Shown here: piece after piece, positions 37,131-47,426 of the stretch
Position numbering within the stretch: position 1 is the stretch's first letter
Layout of the letters: each line of letters opens with the position of its first letter
Assembly: GCA_963697325.1 (NCBI GenBank)
Contig: CAVONR010000018.1
Location: forward strand, 81,833-145,832
Length of the DNA stretch: 64,000 nt
Source: an uncultured Alphaproteobacteria bacterium
Lineage (GTDB): Bacteria; Pseudomonadota; Alphaproteobacteria; Rhizobiales; Rhizobiaceae
Reading direction: 5' to 3'
The notes under the pieces: model-generated
Database searches by the model: none
What the model was told of the DNA's origin: nothing
What the model saw: the letters and a program-made list of their open reading frames with translations, nothing else
Position numbers and translations under genes: made by a program

Positions 37131-38544
37131 CTTGCCCCTCGAAGCTGCGGGTTCGCACCACGGTGACGCTGCAGGGCGCTTCCGCCGCGACCTTGGCCGA
37201 GACGCTGCCCAGAATCTTGCGCATGGCGGAATTGGCGCGCGCGCCCATGACGATGTGATCGACATTGTTGACGCGGGCATATTCGAGGATCGTCTCCGCC
37301 GGATCGATGGCCTCCAGCACGTGAAAGGTGATGCGGCCATCGCCCAGGCTTCAGTGGCCGGGCCCAGTCCTTGAGGCCGACGAGCCGCTGCACATGCTTG
37401 TTGTGGCCCTGCTCGTCGAGCGTCTGGTCGAGCGCGATGCGGTTGAGCTTGAGCACGTTGAGGCACGGCGAGGCGGGCATCGGGCGAGCGCTCGAGGATG
37501 CGCAGCGCGGTGCGCCGCAGCATTGTCCGCGAGTTCCGGCGTCATGTCGTCGAGATTGACGGCAACGCCCACGATGGGCGCGTCCGAGGCTTTCGCGACC
37601 GCGCGGCGGGGGGCTGTCGATCAGGCTCTTCGGCGACTCGCCCCGCCGCTTCAGCGCCGCGAAGAAGCCGTCGGTCTCCATCTTCTCGCGCGCGCGCCGT
37701 GAGCGTCACCTGGTCCGGGTGGCGCAGGTCATGGGCGAGCTGCGCCGCGGTCGGATAGCCGCCGGCCGGCCCTCACTTCGAGGCAGCGCAGCACGATTTC
37801 CTGCAACCATGGCGGCAATGTCCGGGTTGAGCTTGCGCGGCGGAACGGGATCCTTCCACAGGCGCCGCTTCAGGCCCTTGAGCTTCTGCGGATCGCCGAA
37901 GGGCCGCGTCCCGGTGGCGAAGAAATACATGAGCGCCCCGAGCGCGAAGAGATCGCTGCGCTGGTCGCTGCGGATGCCCAGCACCTGCTCGGGCGCCATG
38001 TAGGGTGCGGTGCCGTAGGGAAGGCGGAATTCCTCCTGCATCAGGTCCGGCAGCGCGCGGTGATGGGCGAGGCCGTAGTCGATCAGCACCGCTTCGCCCG
38101 TCGGCCTGAACATGATGTTGGACGGCTTGACGTCGAGATGCACGACGTCCTGCTCATGCAGGGACTGCAGCGCATCGGCGATGCTTGCGCCGAGTTCGGC
38201 CACTTCGTCCGGGCGGCAGCGGCAGCGACTTGAGCCGCGGCAGCAGCGTCTCGCCCGGCGATCCGCTCCATGACGATGTAGGGCTGGACGGCGAAATCGC
38301 CGTTCGCGACGTGGCGCGGCACATGCGGGCCCTTCAGGCGCGGCATGATCATCTGCTCCATCTCGAAGCTGACGATCGCCGCCGGATCCTCGCCCTCGTA
38401 GACCACGGGCGTCTTCATCAGGAAGGTCGCGCCGTCTTCCAGGCGCGTGACGCTCCACAGATGCGCCATGCCGCCCGCATGCATGAGTTCGTCGATCCGG
38501 AACCCGTCGATGACGGTTCCGGTTTCCAGCCTTGCCTTGACCAC
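37120..38544 (-). pseudogene. bifunctional Ser/Thr protein kinase / universal stress protein, frameshifted
   Basis: The Hanks kinase has the catalytic loop VVHLDVKPSNIMF, plus DYGLA and APYMAPEQ. The C-terminal UspA-like domain reads ..ILEYARVNNVDHIVMGARANSAMRKILGSVSAKVAAEAPCSVTVV. Several frame changes are needed. Confidence 0.8.
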
Positions 38545-39287
38545 TCAGCGCCCCTTCAACAATCGATCCGCCAATGAATCCGGCAGCCCCAGCGCACGCA
38601 TGCGCTGCGAAACGCTTTCGACGTCATAGGGCGCCCGGTGATAGGTGATGGTCCGCGTGCCGGTGTCGTAGAGCGCAAGCGAAGCGGCCGGATTGCCGTC
38701 GCGCGGCTGGCCGGCCGAGCCGAGGACCACGAGCCACTTGCGATGCGCGGCAAGCGGCGTATCGACATCCTGGACCGGCCGGTGCGCGGTCATCTTTCCG
38801 GTCGGCGACAGGCAATAGACGGCCGGGACATGCACGTGTCCGCAAAATGTCACCGTGGCGGCAGAGCGCGAGAGGCTGGTGCGCGCGGTATCGGCATCGG
38901 TCACGTAATGCCAGGCCGCGGGATCGGAAGCTTCCGAATGCACGAACAGGATATCGCCGGAACGAACCTCGAAGGGCAGGCTTGCCAGGAAGGATTTCGA
39001 GGTCGTCGCTCAGCTGCCCGCGCGTCCAGTCGATAACCTTGGCTGCCGTCGAATTCATGTCCCTCGCCGATTTCAGCACGGCCTGGTCATGGTTGCCGAG
39101 GACGGCGATGGCGCCCGCCTCGACCAGCGGGCTCACGCGCTCGATGACAGCTTCGGGGTCCGGCCCGTAGCCGACGAAATCGCCCAGGAAGGCAAGCTGT
39201 CACGGCCTGCAGTTTCTCCGCCGCCGCCAGGCAGGCCTCGAGGGCGGGAAGATTGGCATGAATATCCGAGATCAGGGCAATCCGCAT
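38545..39287 (-). pseudogene. metallophosphoesterase (calcineurin-like phosphatase), frameshifted
   Basis: Contains MRIALISDIHAN, VLGNHDQ and FCGHVHVP motifs in three frames. Its TGA stop abuts the kinase GTG start. Confidence 0.8.
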
Positions 39288-39399
39288 GGTCGGAACTTCA
39301 TCATATCCGTGCCCCGCGCGGAACACCGACCTTAGTTCCATGGCGCACGGCGCTTGCCGGCTTGATAAGAAGGCCCGACCGAAGCGGAAAAATCTCATC

Positions 39400-39683
39400 A
39401 TGGAAATCTCCACGCTGCTGGCGCAACAGTTCACCGACATATTCCGGCTCGGCCTGCTGGCGGGCCTCATCTACACGACCGAGCGCACGCGCTCGCAGAC
39501 GGGCGTGCTGCTGCCGCTGGTCGCCGGCGTGATCTTCGTCGCCGTCATCATTCCCAGCCACCATGCCGAGGCCGGACGTTCCGCTGTGGCTGGCCGCTGC
39601 AACGGGCATCGGCGTCAATGCGGTCATCGTCGCGGTGTTCTGGCTGGCCTGGCAGGCCTATCTCCAGATCAAGGCGCAGCTGA
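39400..39683 (+). pseudogene. small membrane protein, frameshifted, 3' end uncertain
   Basis: MEISTLLAQQFTDIFRLGLLAGLIY..LPLVAGVIFVAVIIP continues in another frame (..PLWLAAATGIGVNAVIVAVFWLAW..). No in-frame stop appears before the convergent gene. Confidence 0.3.
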
Positions 39684-39713
39684 AACGAAAACGGGCCGGG
39701 GAAACCCCGGCCC
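39681..39713 (-). terminator. intrinsic terminator of the MFS transporter gene
   Basis: 9-bp GC stem GGGCCGGGG-AAA-CCCCGGCCC, followed on the minus strand by GUUUUCGUUU. Confidence 0.5.
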
Positions 39714-39738
39714 GCCGCGTCAGGCATGGCCTGCGATA

Positions 39739-41639
39739 TCAGCGCCGCATGTCGTCGGCGAAGATGTCCTTCTTGTGCGTGCCGCCCGGCACGAAGATCG
39801 CACCGATCACCACGGTCATCACCGCGATCGACGATCGCGTACCAGAGACCGGCATAGATGTTGCCGGTCTGGGCCGAGATCGCGAAGGCGGTTGCGGGCA
39901 TCAGGCCGCCGAACCAGCCGTTGCCGATGTGATAGGGCAGCGACAGGCCGGAGTAGCGGATGCGGGTCGGGAAGAGTTCGACCAGCATCGCGGCGATCGG
40001 GCCGTACACCATCGTCACGAGGATGATGAGGTAGGTCAGGATCGCGATGATCGTCAGCTTCTGCGCCGGTGAAGATGTCGAAGAAGTTCGCGGCCTTGGC
40101 GACCGTGGTGTTGTCCGCGCAACCAGCGGATAGCCGGCTGCCTTCAGCGCATCGTTCAGGGCCTTCTCGAAGGCCGGCTTGACGCCCTTCTCCGCGTCGA
40201 GCGCGGCCTGGGCCGCGTCGATGGCGGCCTGGTCGGTGCCGGCCTTGGCGGTTTCGAGCGCCTCCGTCGCCGCCTTGATGGCAGCGGCGTTGGCGGCGGC
40301 GTTGATAGGACGGGATCACCGTGTCGCCGATCTTGATCTGCGGCGACGCTGCCCGCAGGAGCCGTCGACCGTCGTCGTAGTTCACCGAGGTGCGCGGCGA
40401 GCTGCGCCTTGGCGATGTCGCAGGAGTTGGTGAACTTCACCGTGCCCGATCGGGTTGAACTGGAACGAGCAGTCGGCCGGGTCGGCCGTCACCGTGACCG
40501 GGGTCTGCTGCGCGGCGTGCAGCGCCGGGTTGGCGACCTGCGTCAGCAGCTGGAACACCGGACATGTAGGTGAGCGCCGCGATCAGGCAGCCGCGCCAGG
40601 ATGATCGGCTTGCGGCCGATGCGGTCGGACAGCGAGCCGAAGAACAGGAAGCCGCCCGTGCCGAGGATCAGCGACCAGGCCACGAAGACGTTGGCCGAGA
40701 AGCTGTCGACCTTGATGACGTTCTGCAGGAAGAACAGCGCGTAGAACTGGCCCGAGTACCAGACCACGGCCTGGCCGGCGACGAGGCCGAGCAGCGCGAT
40801 CAGCGCGATCTTGCCGTTCTTCCAGTTGCCGAAGGCTTCGCGCAGCGGCGCCTTGGACGCCGAACCCTCTTCCTTCATCTTCTTGAAGGCAGGCGACTCG
40901 TTCATCTGCAGGCGGATGTAGAGCGAGATCAGCCAGCAGGAAGATCGAGCCCGAGGAACGGAATGCGCCAGCCCCAGGCGTTGAAGGCCTTCATCATCTG
41001 CGGCGTGCCGTCCGGCATTCATCAGCGCGACGCCGGCCGCGTCAAGCACCGGCTGGTCGGGATAGTTGCCGTTGACATAGCCCTGCACCGAGCAGGATCA
41101 CGATCAGCGACAGCAGCAGGCCCAGCGTGGCCGTGGTCTGGATGAAGGAGGTGAAGTAGCCGCGCTGGTTGGCAGGCGCGTGTTCGGCCACGTAGACCGC
41201 GGCACCGCCATATTCGCCGCCAAGCGCCAGGCCCTGCAGCATGCGCAGCGCGATCAGGATGATCGGCGCCGCCACGCCCCAGGAGTAGTAGTTGGGCAGG
41301 AGGCCGACGAGGAAGGTCGACAGACCCATGATCAGGATGGTCATCAGGAAGGTGTACTTCCGGCCGATGAGGTCGCCCAGCGCGCCGAAGACCAGCGCGC
41401 CGAACGGGACGCACGATGAAGCCCGCGGCAAAGGCCAGCAGCGCGAAGACGTTGCGCGTAGCTTCCGGGAACGGCGTGAAGAACTGCGCGCCGATGATCG
41501 CGGCCAGCGAGCCGTAGAGATAGAAGTCGTACCATTCGAAGATGGTGCCGGCCGAGGAGGCAAGGATGACCTTCTTCTCCTCGGCCGTCATGGGCCGCGA
41601 ACGCGCCCTGCCCAGCCGATCAGCTGTCGTGTCTGTCAT
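39739..41639 (-). pseudogene. MFS transporter (metabolite:H+ symporter family) with a large extra loop domain, many frameshifts
   Basis: Contains AGTIFEWYDFYLYGSLA, GALVFGALGDLIGRKYTF, LSDRIGRKPIIL and MVYGPIAAMLVELFPTRIRYSG. The ATG at 41639 is preceded by GGGGAGAG. At least 8 frame changes are needed. Confidence 0.8.
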
Positions 41640-41989
41640 ATCTCTCCCCTTTGGACCGCGAGACCCCCCAAAGGGGCCTGCCGTGACGACAAGGAACAGA
41701 GCCATCTCTCCTCATGGCCCCTCCTGAGGATCAGCCTTAACACACTCCTAAGCGGGCTTTTAATTGGACTTTAGCAGGACGAGTCGGGGAAACGCCCCAA
41801 AGCCTGCCGCAACCCACTGATTATCTTTGTGAATCAGGCCACAACGGCGAGCGTTCGCGCATCGGTCGAGCGGGCTTGTGCCGGGCAACGCCACGCGCGC
41901 GCCATGGCCTGCCGTTGGGGCCTGCCGCCTTCGCCGGCATTGACTCCGCGCCAAAACCGCTTATGAGCATCGCCCAAAGGGAAAAAGTC

Positions 41990-42103
41990 ATGCGCAGCAT
42001 CAGCTTCGTCATTTCGGCACTCATCGTACCGGCCATTGCCGCCGGTCGCGCGCGGCATTTTCCTGCCGGGCTGAAGACACCCGCCAAAACCACCAAATCC
42101 TGA
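41990..42103 (+). CDS. candidate 37-aa small ORF
   Basis: AAGGGAAAAAGTC precedes the ATG. The product MRSISFVISALIVPAIAAG.. has a hydrophobic N-terminus. No homology recognised. Confidence 0.2.
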   Translation: MRSISFVISALIVPAIAAGRARHFPAGLKTPAKTTKS

Positions 42104-42237
42104 TCCTTCCCCTCACCCCACGCTCTCCCGGGGATGAGACGGGAGGCGAACGGCACGACCGGAAGCGTTCTTCAGGTTGGCTGGCGGGAGGGTGAAACGG
42201 GCACGGACAGCCCCAGAACCGGATTCGGAGACCATCC

Positions 42238-43271
42238 ATGGGTTACAAGATCGCAATCATCGGCGCGACTGGAAATGTCGGGCGCGAGATGCTCAACATT
42301 CTGGACGAGCGCGGCTTTCCCGCCGATACCGTCGTGGCGCTCGCCTCGCGGCGCAGCCAGGGCACGGAAGTCTCCTTCGGCGACAAGACCTTGAAGGTGC
42401 AGTCGCTCGACAACTTACGATTTCACCGGCACCGATATCGCCTTGATGTCGGCCGGCGGGGAGATTTCCAAGATCTGGTCGCCCAGGATCGCGGCGCAGG
42501 GTTGCGTCGTGATCGACAACTCCTCGGCCTGGCGCTACGACGCCGACGTGCCGCTGATCGTTCCGGAAGTGAATGCCGACGCGGTCGAGGGCTTCCGCAA
42601 GCGAAACATCATCGCCAACCCCAATTGCTCGACGGCACAGCTCGTCGTCGCGCTGAAGCCGCTGCACGACAAGGCGCGGATCAAGCGCGTGGTGGTTTCG
42701 ACCTACCAGTCGGTCTCGGGCGCCGGCAAGGAAGGCATGGACGAATTGTTCAACCAGACGCGCGCGATCTTCGTCGCCGATCCGCTCGAAGCCAAGAAGT
42801 TCACCAAGCGCATCGCCTTCAACGTCATTCCCGCACATCGACGTGTTCATGGACGACGGCTCGACCAAGGAAGAGTGGAAGGTGGTCGCCGAGACCAAGA
42901 AGATCCTCGACAAGAAGATCAAGGTGACCTGCACCGCGGTGCGCGTGCCCGTGTTCATCGGCCACAGCGAAGCGGTCAACATCGAGTTCGAGGATCCGAT
43001 CAGCGCCGAGGAAGCACGCGAAATCCTGCGCGAGGCGCCGGGTTGCCTCGTCGTCGACAAGCGCGAGAACGGCGGCTACGTCACGCCGCTCGAATGCGCG
43101 GGCGAAGACGCGACCTATATTTCTCGCATCCGCGAGGATCCCACCGTCGAAAACGGTCTCAATATCTGGGTGGTATCCGACAATCTGCGCAAGGGCGCCG
43201 CACTCAATGCGATCCAGATTGCGGAACTGCTTGTCAATCGGGGACTTATTGCCAGGCAAAAGGCCGCCTAG
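42238..43271 (+). pseudogene. asd: aspartate-semialdehyde dehydrogenase, two frameshifts
   Basis: Contains [19 protein letters not shown].., ..[12 protein letters not shown].. (active-site Cys) and ..SDNLRKGAALNAIQIAE..*. An extra T at 42415/42416 and a second shift near 42835 break the frame. Confidence 0.92.
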
Positions 43272-43449
43272 GCGGCCATCAAAGCGTCTTGATTGTCCGC
43301 AATCAGGAGTGCGCTCCGCAAAAATACCTTCTGGGGCTGTAGAAATTTCACGGCAAGAAGGCAATATCGACGCTGATTACGTTACGCAATCGACGCGCGA
43401 ACGGCTTGAACGAGGGAATCACGAATGTTGCCTGGCAAATTAAAGATTC

Positions 43450-44254
43450 TTGACGGCCGGTTTGGTTCTTCTGGCACTTGGCCAAACCCCGGCGCTGGCA
43501 GGTGAATGCGGCGATGACGCCGCCGGTTTCCCTGCCTGGGTCGAGACTTTCAAGCAGGAGGCCGTTGCCAAGGGCGTGAACCCGCGCACGGTGGAGGAGG
43601 CGCTCAGCGGCGTCTCCTACGCGACCAAGACGATTTCGCTCGATCGCAACCAGAAGAGCTTCAAGCTCTCCTACGAGCAGTTCATGCAGAAGCGCGGCGC
43701 CTCGACCATCATCTCCAAGGGCCGCACGCTGAAGAAGCAGAATGCGGCGCTGTTCAAGAAGATCGAGGCGAAATATGGCGTGCCCGCCGGCCCGCTGCTG
43801 GCAATCTGGGGCATGGAAACCGGCTTCGGCAGTTTCCTTGGCAACCAGGATGCATTCAGCGCGCTGGCGACGCTCGCCTATGATTGCCGCCGCTCGGAAT
43901 TCTTCGAGGAGCAGCTCTACGCCGCGCTCAACATTCTCGAGACGGGCCAGCTGGAGCGCGAGGAGATGAAGGGCGCGGGCCATGGCGAGATCGGCCAGAT
44001 GCAGTTCCTGCCGGTCAACTACATGAAGTTTGGCGCCGATGGCGACGGCAACGGCAAGGTCGACATGATCCGCTCGCGCGCCGACGCGCTGGCGTCGACC
44101 GCAAACTACCTGCTCGGCTATGGCTGGCAGCCGGGCACAGGGCTATCAGCCCGGCGAGCCGAATTTCGCGGCCATCGAGGGCTGGAACAAGGCGCAGGTC
44201 TACCAGAAGGCGATTGCCGCCATCGGGTTGGCGATCGACGGCGAAGAAGGCTAG
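43450..44254 (+). pseudogene. lytic murein transglycosylase (MltB-like), one frameshift
   Basis: Contains ..AIWGMETGFG.. and ..GEIGQMQFLP..Y..FGADGDGNGKVDM... The frame is lost near 44140. The restored end is ..AIAAIGLAIDGEEG* at 44254. The start may lie upstream (ATG at 43425) with a further shift. Confidence 0.78.
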
Positions 44255-44698
44255 GGCTCGAAGCCGGGGCAATCGGCCCCGGCTTCCTCTTCCACGACGC
44301 GCAGTGATCTTGTCGCCTTCCAGCGTGAAGGTTTCGCGATTCATCTTCACGGCATCGGGAAAGCGGTAGCACACCTCGACCACGGCGGAACTCTCGCTCG
44401 AGGAAACCTGCCGGGTCAGAATCCTGCCTTCCCTTGCCAACTGCTCCCAGTCGCCCAGCGAACCGATGAACTCGTCGCGGCTTTGCACCAGCCCCAGATA
44501 TTTGAGTTCTATTTCCCCGTTTTCGGCAATGAGGCTGGAAAAGGCATCGCGGTCGGCGGTGCGAAGCGCCTCATACCATCGCGCAACCGGCGGCGGGGAA
44601 AGGACCTGCGCGCTCGCGGCGCAAGGCAGTATCGCAGCTGCGAAGACACCGGCTGCCAGCACGAGAAGTCTTGAGGCCGTCACGCTTTCATCCTTCAT
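44251..44698 (-). pseudogene. secreted NTF2/SnoaL-like hypothetical protein, 3' end uncertain
   Basis: The ATG at 44698 overlaps the carbonic anhydrase stop (ATGA). Signal peptide LLVLAAGVFAAAILPCAASA is present. Only a shifted frame reaches a nearby stop (..VVEEEAGADCPGFEP*). Confidence 0.45.
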
Positions 44699-45405
44699 TT
44701 CGTCGTGGCCAGCGCCGGGCGGAAGTTGCCGTCCTTGGCGTCCATCAACCACAATTCACCGGTGCTGATGTCGAACCACGAGCCGTGAATGGCGATGCGG
44801 CCCTTTTCAAGCAGGATATTGACGCAGGGAAATGTAGCCAGATTGCGGATTGCCTGCCGCACCGATGCCTCCTCGAGCGCGCGCTGGCGGTCCGCCGCGG
44901 AGGCAACGTCCTCGCATCGGATGTCGAGCGTTGCCGGCTCCAGCAAGGAAATCCACTTGCCGATGAAATCGCCCGGCGAGAGCGGCTCCGCGGCATTGCC
45001 TTCATAGAGTTCGCGAAACACATGGACGCCGCCGCAGCGGCCATGGCCCATGACCACGATGTGCTTGACCTTCAGAACCTGCACGGCAAATTCCAGTGCA
45101 GCCGAAGTGCCATGGTATTCGCCGTCCGGCGCATAGGGCGGGACCAGATTGGCGACGTTGCGCAGCACGAATATCTCGCCCGGCGCGGCGTCGAACACCG
45201 TCTCGGGCGCGGCGCGCGAATTGCAACAGGAAATCACCATGATCTCAGGCTGCTGCCCGGTTGCGGCAAGCTGCTCGTAGCGCTCGCGCTCATGGCGCAG
45301 CCGCCCGTAGTGAAAGGCCTTGTAGCCTTCGTCGAGACGCACCGGAAAAACCGGATCGACCTGTTCCCTTGGCAATTCGCATTTCCTTCTCAAGGTTTCC
45401 GGCAC
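44695..45405 (-). CDS. beta-class carbonic anhydrase
   Basis: Contains ISCCNSRAAPE, FVLRNVANLV and VMGHGRCGGV zinc-ligand motifs. The true start may be the TTG near 45375, which follows AAGGAA. Confidence 0.9.
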   Translation of the reverse strand: MPETLRRKCELPREQVDPVFPVRLDEGYKAFHYGRLRHERERYEQLAATGQQPEIMVISCCNSRAAPETVFDAAPGEIFVLRNVANLVPPYAPDGEYHGTSAALEFAVQVLKVKHIVVMGHGRCGGVHVFRELYEGNAAEPLSPGDFIGKWISLLEPATLDIRCEDVASAADRQRALEEASVRQAIRNLATFPCVNILLEKGRIAIHGSWFDISTGELWLMDAKDGNFRPALATTK

Positions 45406-45411
45406 TGAGTA

Positions 45412-46131
45412 TTACGCCCAGATCGCGATATGAAGCCCTTTTGCATCGACAAGCTTCTCGCGTGGAAAAGGTTCAGCCAGGCCTTCGGCGATGCGTGCGG
45501 CGGTGACGGTGCAGGCGCAGGCGTCGAGGAGATCGTCGATCGCGGCGCCGCGTGGCGGCCTTTGGCGCAGGAAGTGCGTGCTGAAGCCGTTCTTCTCCAG
45601 CAAGGCGCAGCGTTCTTCAAAGCCATCCGGGTTGAGCCGGCCCTTGATCTTCTTGGCGTTCGCCAGTGCCTGACCGCCGTTCATGCGCCAGAATGCCAGC
45701 TCGGGATGGGTCTCGCGCACGCGCAACTGCAGTTGCGGGGTCATCGCCGCATCGATCTGCCGGATCTTGCCGAAGAGGAAAAATGCCTGCCTGGAGATCT
45801 TGCGCGGCGGGTCGGAGGTGGCGAGCGCGGCGGCGCAGCCCTGCCGATAGTCAGCGCAATAGACCGACTGGCGCGAAGGTATCGAGAAGACGCTGGACTG
45901 GCGTGCGCCAAGCAGCGGGCGCACCGCCTGCTCCGGCCCGCGCCCGCCCTTGCCGATGAAATCGGGAAGGCCAATGGGCATGTCGACAGCGATAACGGCA
46001 TCGACATAAGCCGTCAGCAGCTCGCCGAAACTTGCATGAATCGCAACCCGCGGATCGCCGCCATCGATGCGGCTGACGGCGATCCAGCCGGCCGGGCAGC
46101 CGTCCACCCCGACATGCGCCACTGGCGTCAT
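45412..46131 (-). CDS. DUF429-like protein
   Basis: 239-aa reading from the ATG at 46131 (VGVDGCPAGWIAV..). It overlaps the upstream kinase gene by 4 nt. Confidence 0.75.
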   Translation of the reverse strand: MTPVAHVGVDGCPAGWIAVSRIDGGDPRVAIHASFGELLTAYVDAVIAVDMPIGLPDFIGKGGRGPEQAVRPLLGARQSSVFSIPSRQSVYCADYRQGCAAALATSDPPRKISRQAFFLFGKIRQIDAAMTPQLQLRVRETHPELAFWRMNGGQALANAKKIKGRLNPDGFEERCALLEKNGFSTHFLRQRPPRGAAIDDLLDACACTVTAARIAEGLAEPFPREKLVDAKGLHIAIWA

Positions 46132-47003
46132 CGGGCGGAAGCAACAGCGATGGTGCGCATGGCGACGGGGGACATCGGCTGCACGAGGCTCCTGGTGTCG
46201 GCCTGCGGCATCAACTCGTCGGACCCGCGCTGGGCCGCGCGCGATATTGCCTCGAAAATCGAGGAGGTGGCTTTTTCCAGCGCCTCCGCCGGCTTGAGCC
46301 CTTCCAGCAACAGCGCCAGGAACAGGCCGGAAAGCAGATCGCCGCTGCCATTGCCCGGTCCCGCAACCAGCCGGTGCTCTGCGAGCGTCGCGCCTGAGGG
46401 CTCGACGAGCAAATTGCCGATATTGCCGCGCATGAACCCGGGGGTCGATGTCACCATGACCATCGGCGGCGCCAGCATGCGCGCGGCGGAAACCGCCGCT
46501 GCCGCATCGCCGAGGCCGGGCCGGTCGGCAAGCCAGGCGAGCTCGTGGATATTGGGCGTCGCGATGTCGGCCTGCGGCAAGAGCATGTCGCGGATGGCGG
46601 CCGCCGTTTCCAGCTTTACGTAAAGGCCGGCCGCATCGCCGATCACCGGATCGCACAGGTACATGATCTTCGGGTTCCTGGCCTTTGCGGCGGCGACGAA
46701 CCCGGCGACTTTCCCGGCCTGCGCGGCATTGGCCATGTAGCCGGTGATGATCGCCCCGGTTTCGCCGAACCATCTGGAGCCGATGAGGTCGTCGAGGAAC
46801 GGACCGAAAAGCGCCGGGTCCGGCTCGATCCGCGTGGAAGGTCCGTGGCCGGGATGAAAGGGCAGCAGCACGGTCGGCACGGCCCAGACCGGGTAGCCGA
46901 AGGCTTCGAGGGCGTGGACGATGGAGCGGTTGCCGATGGCGCCGCGCGCGACCTGGCTGGAAATGGCGATAACCGCCGGTCTTGGCTGGATTGGCGGGTT
47001 CAT
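46128..47003 (-). CDS. pyridoxal/pyridoxamine kinase (PdxY/PdxK-like)
   Basis: Intact 291-aa ribokinase-fold ORF with ..ISSQVARGAIGN.., ..CDPVIGD.. and ..GPGNGSGDLLSGLF... Confidence 0.82.
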   Translation of the reverse strand: MNPPIQPRPAVIAISSQVARGAIGNRSIVHALEAFGYPVWAVPTVLLPFHPGHGPSTRIEPDPALFGPFLDDLIGSRWFGETGAIITGYMANAAQAGKVAGFVAAAKARNPKIMYLCDPVIGDAAGLYVKLETAAAIRDMLLPQADIATPNIHELAWLADRPGLGDAAAAVSAARMLAPPMVMVTSTPGFMRGNIGNLLVEPSGATLAEHRLVAGPGNGSGDLLSGLFLALLLEGLKPAEALEKATSSIFEAISRAAQRGSDELMPQADTRSLVQPMSPVAMRTIAVASAR

Positions 47004-47302
47004 TGCATCAGGACGGCGCGCACGATGTAGAGTACCAGTGCGACAAAGATGACGAAGCCGATCACCCGCCCGGCGCGCGTGCCCCAGACCTCGATGGGAT
47101 CGTCCTGCGGCTTGTCGGCTCCGCTGAAATGCTTTCGCGCCCGGTCTGCCGTGCGCGCCAGAAACGAACCGCCCAGCGCGACGCTATCGCGCTCGACGCG
47201 TTCGAGGATGCGGCGCGACTCGGCCTGAGCCTCGTCTTGCTTGCTGCGCCTCTTCGGCGGCTGGCCTGTCACGTGCCGGACTCCCTTTTGGTGGCGGGTC
47301 AT
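47000..47302 (-). CDS. small basic protein with C-terminal transmembrane helix
   Basis: 100 aa from the ATG at 47302, ending ..RVIGFVIFVALVLYIVRAVLMQ*. It overlaps the pdx kinase start by 4 nt. Confidence 0.45.
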   Translation of the reverse strand: MTRHQKGVRHVTGQPPKRRSKQDEAQAESRRILERVERDSVALGGSFLARTADRARKHFSGADKPQDDPIEVWGTRAGRVIGFVIFVALVLYIVRAVLMQ

Positions 47303-47426
47303 CTTTAGCGCCGGGGCAGGTCCAATACCAGAGCGGGGGCTGCTTTCGCAGCGGCTTGAATCGCTATAGTGTCGCGCCGGACCGGGGCGGCCCGGCCATC
47401 CTTCCAAGTGCTTTTGGAGCCCTTCA

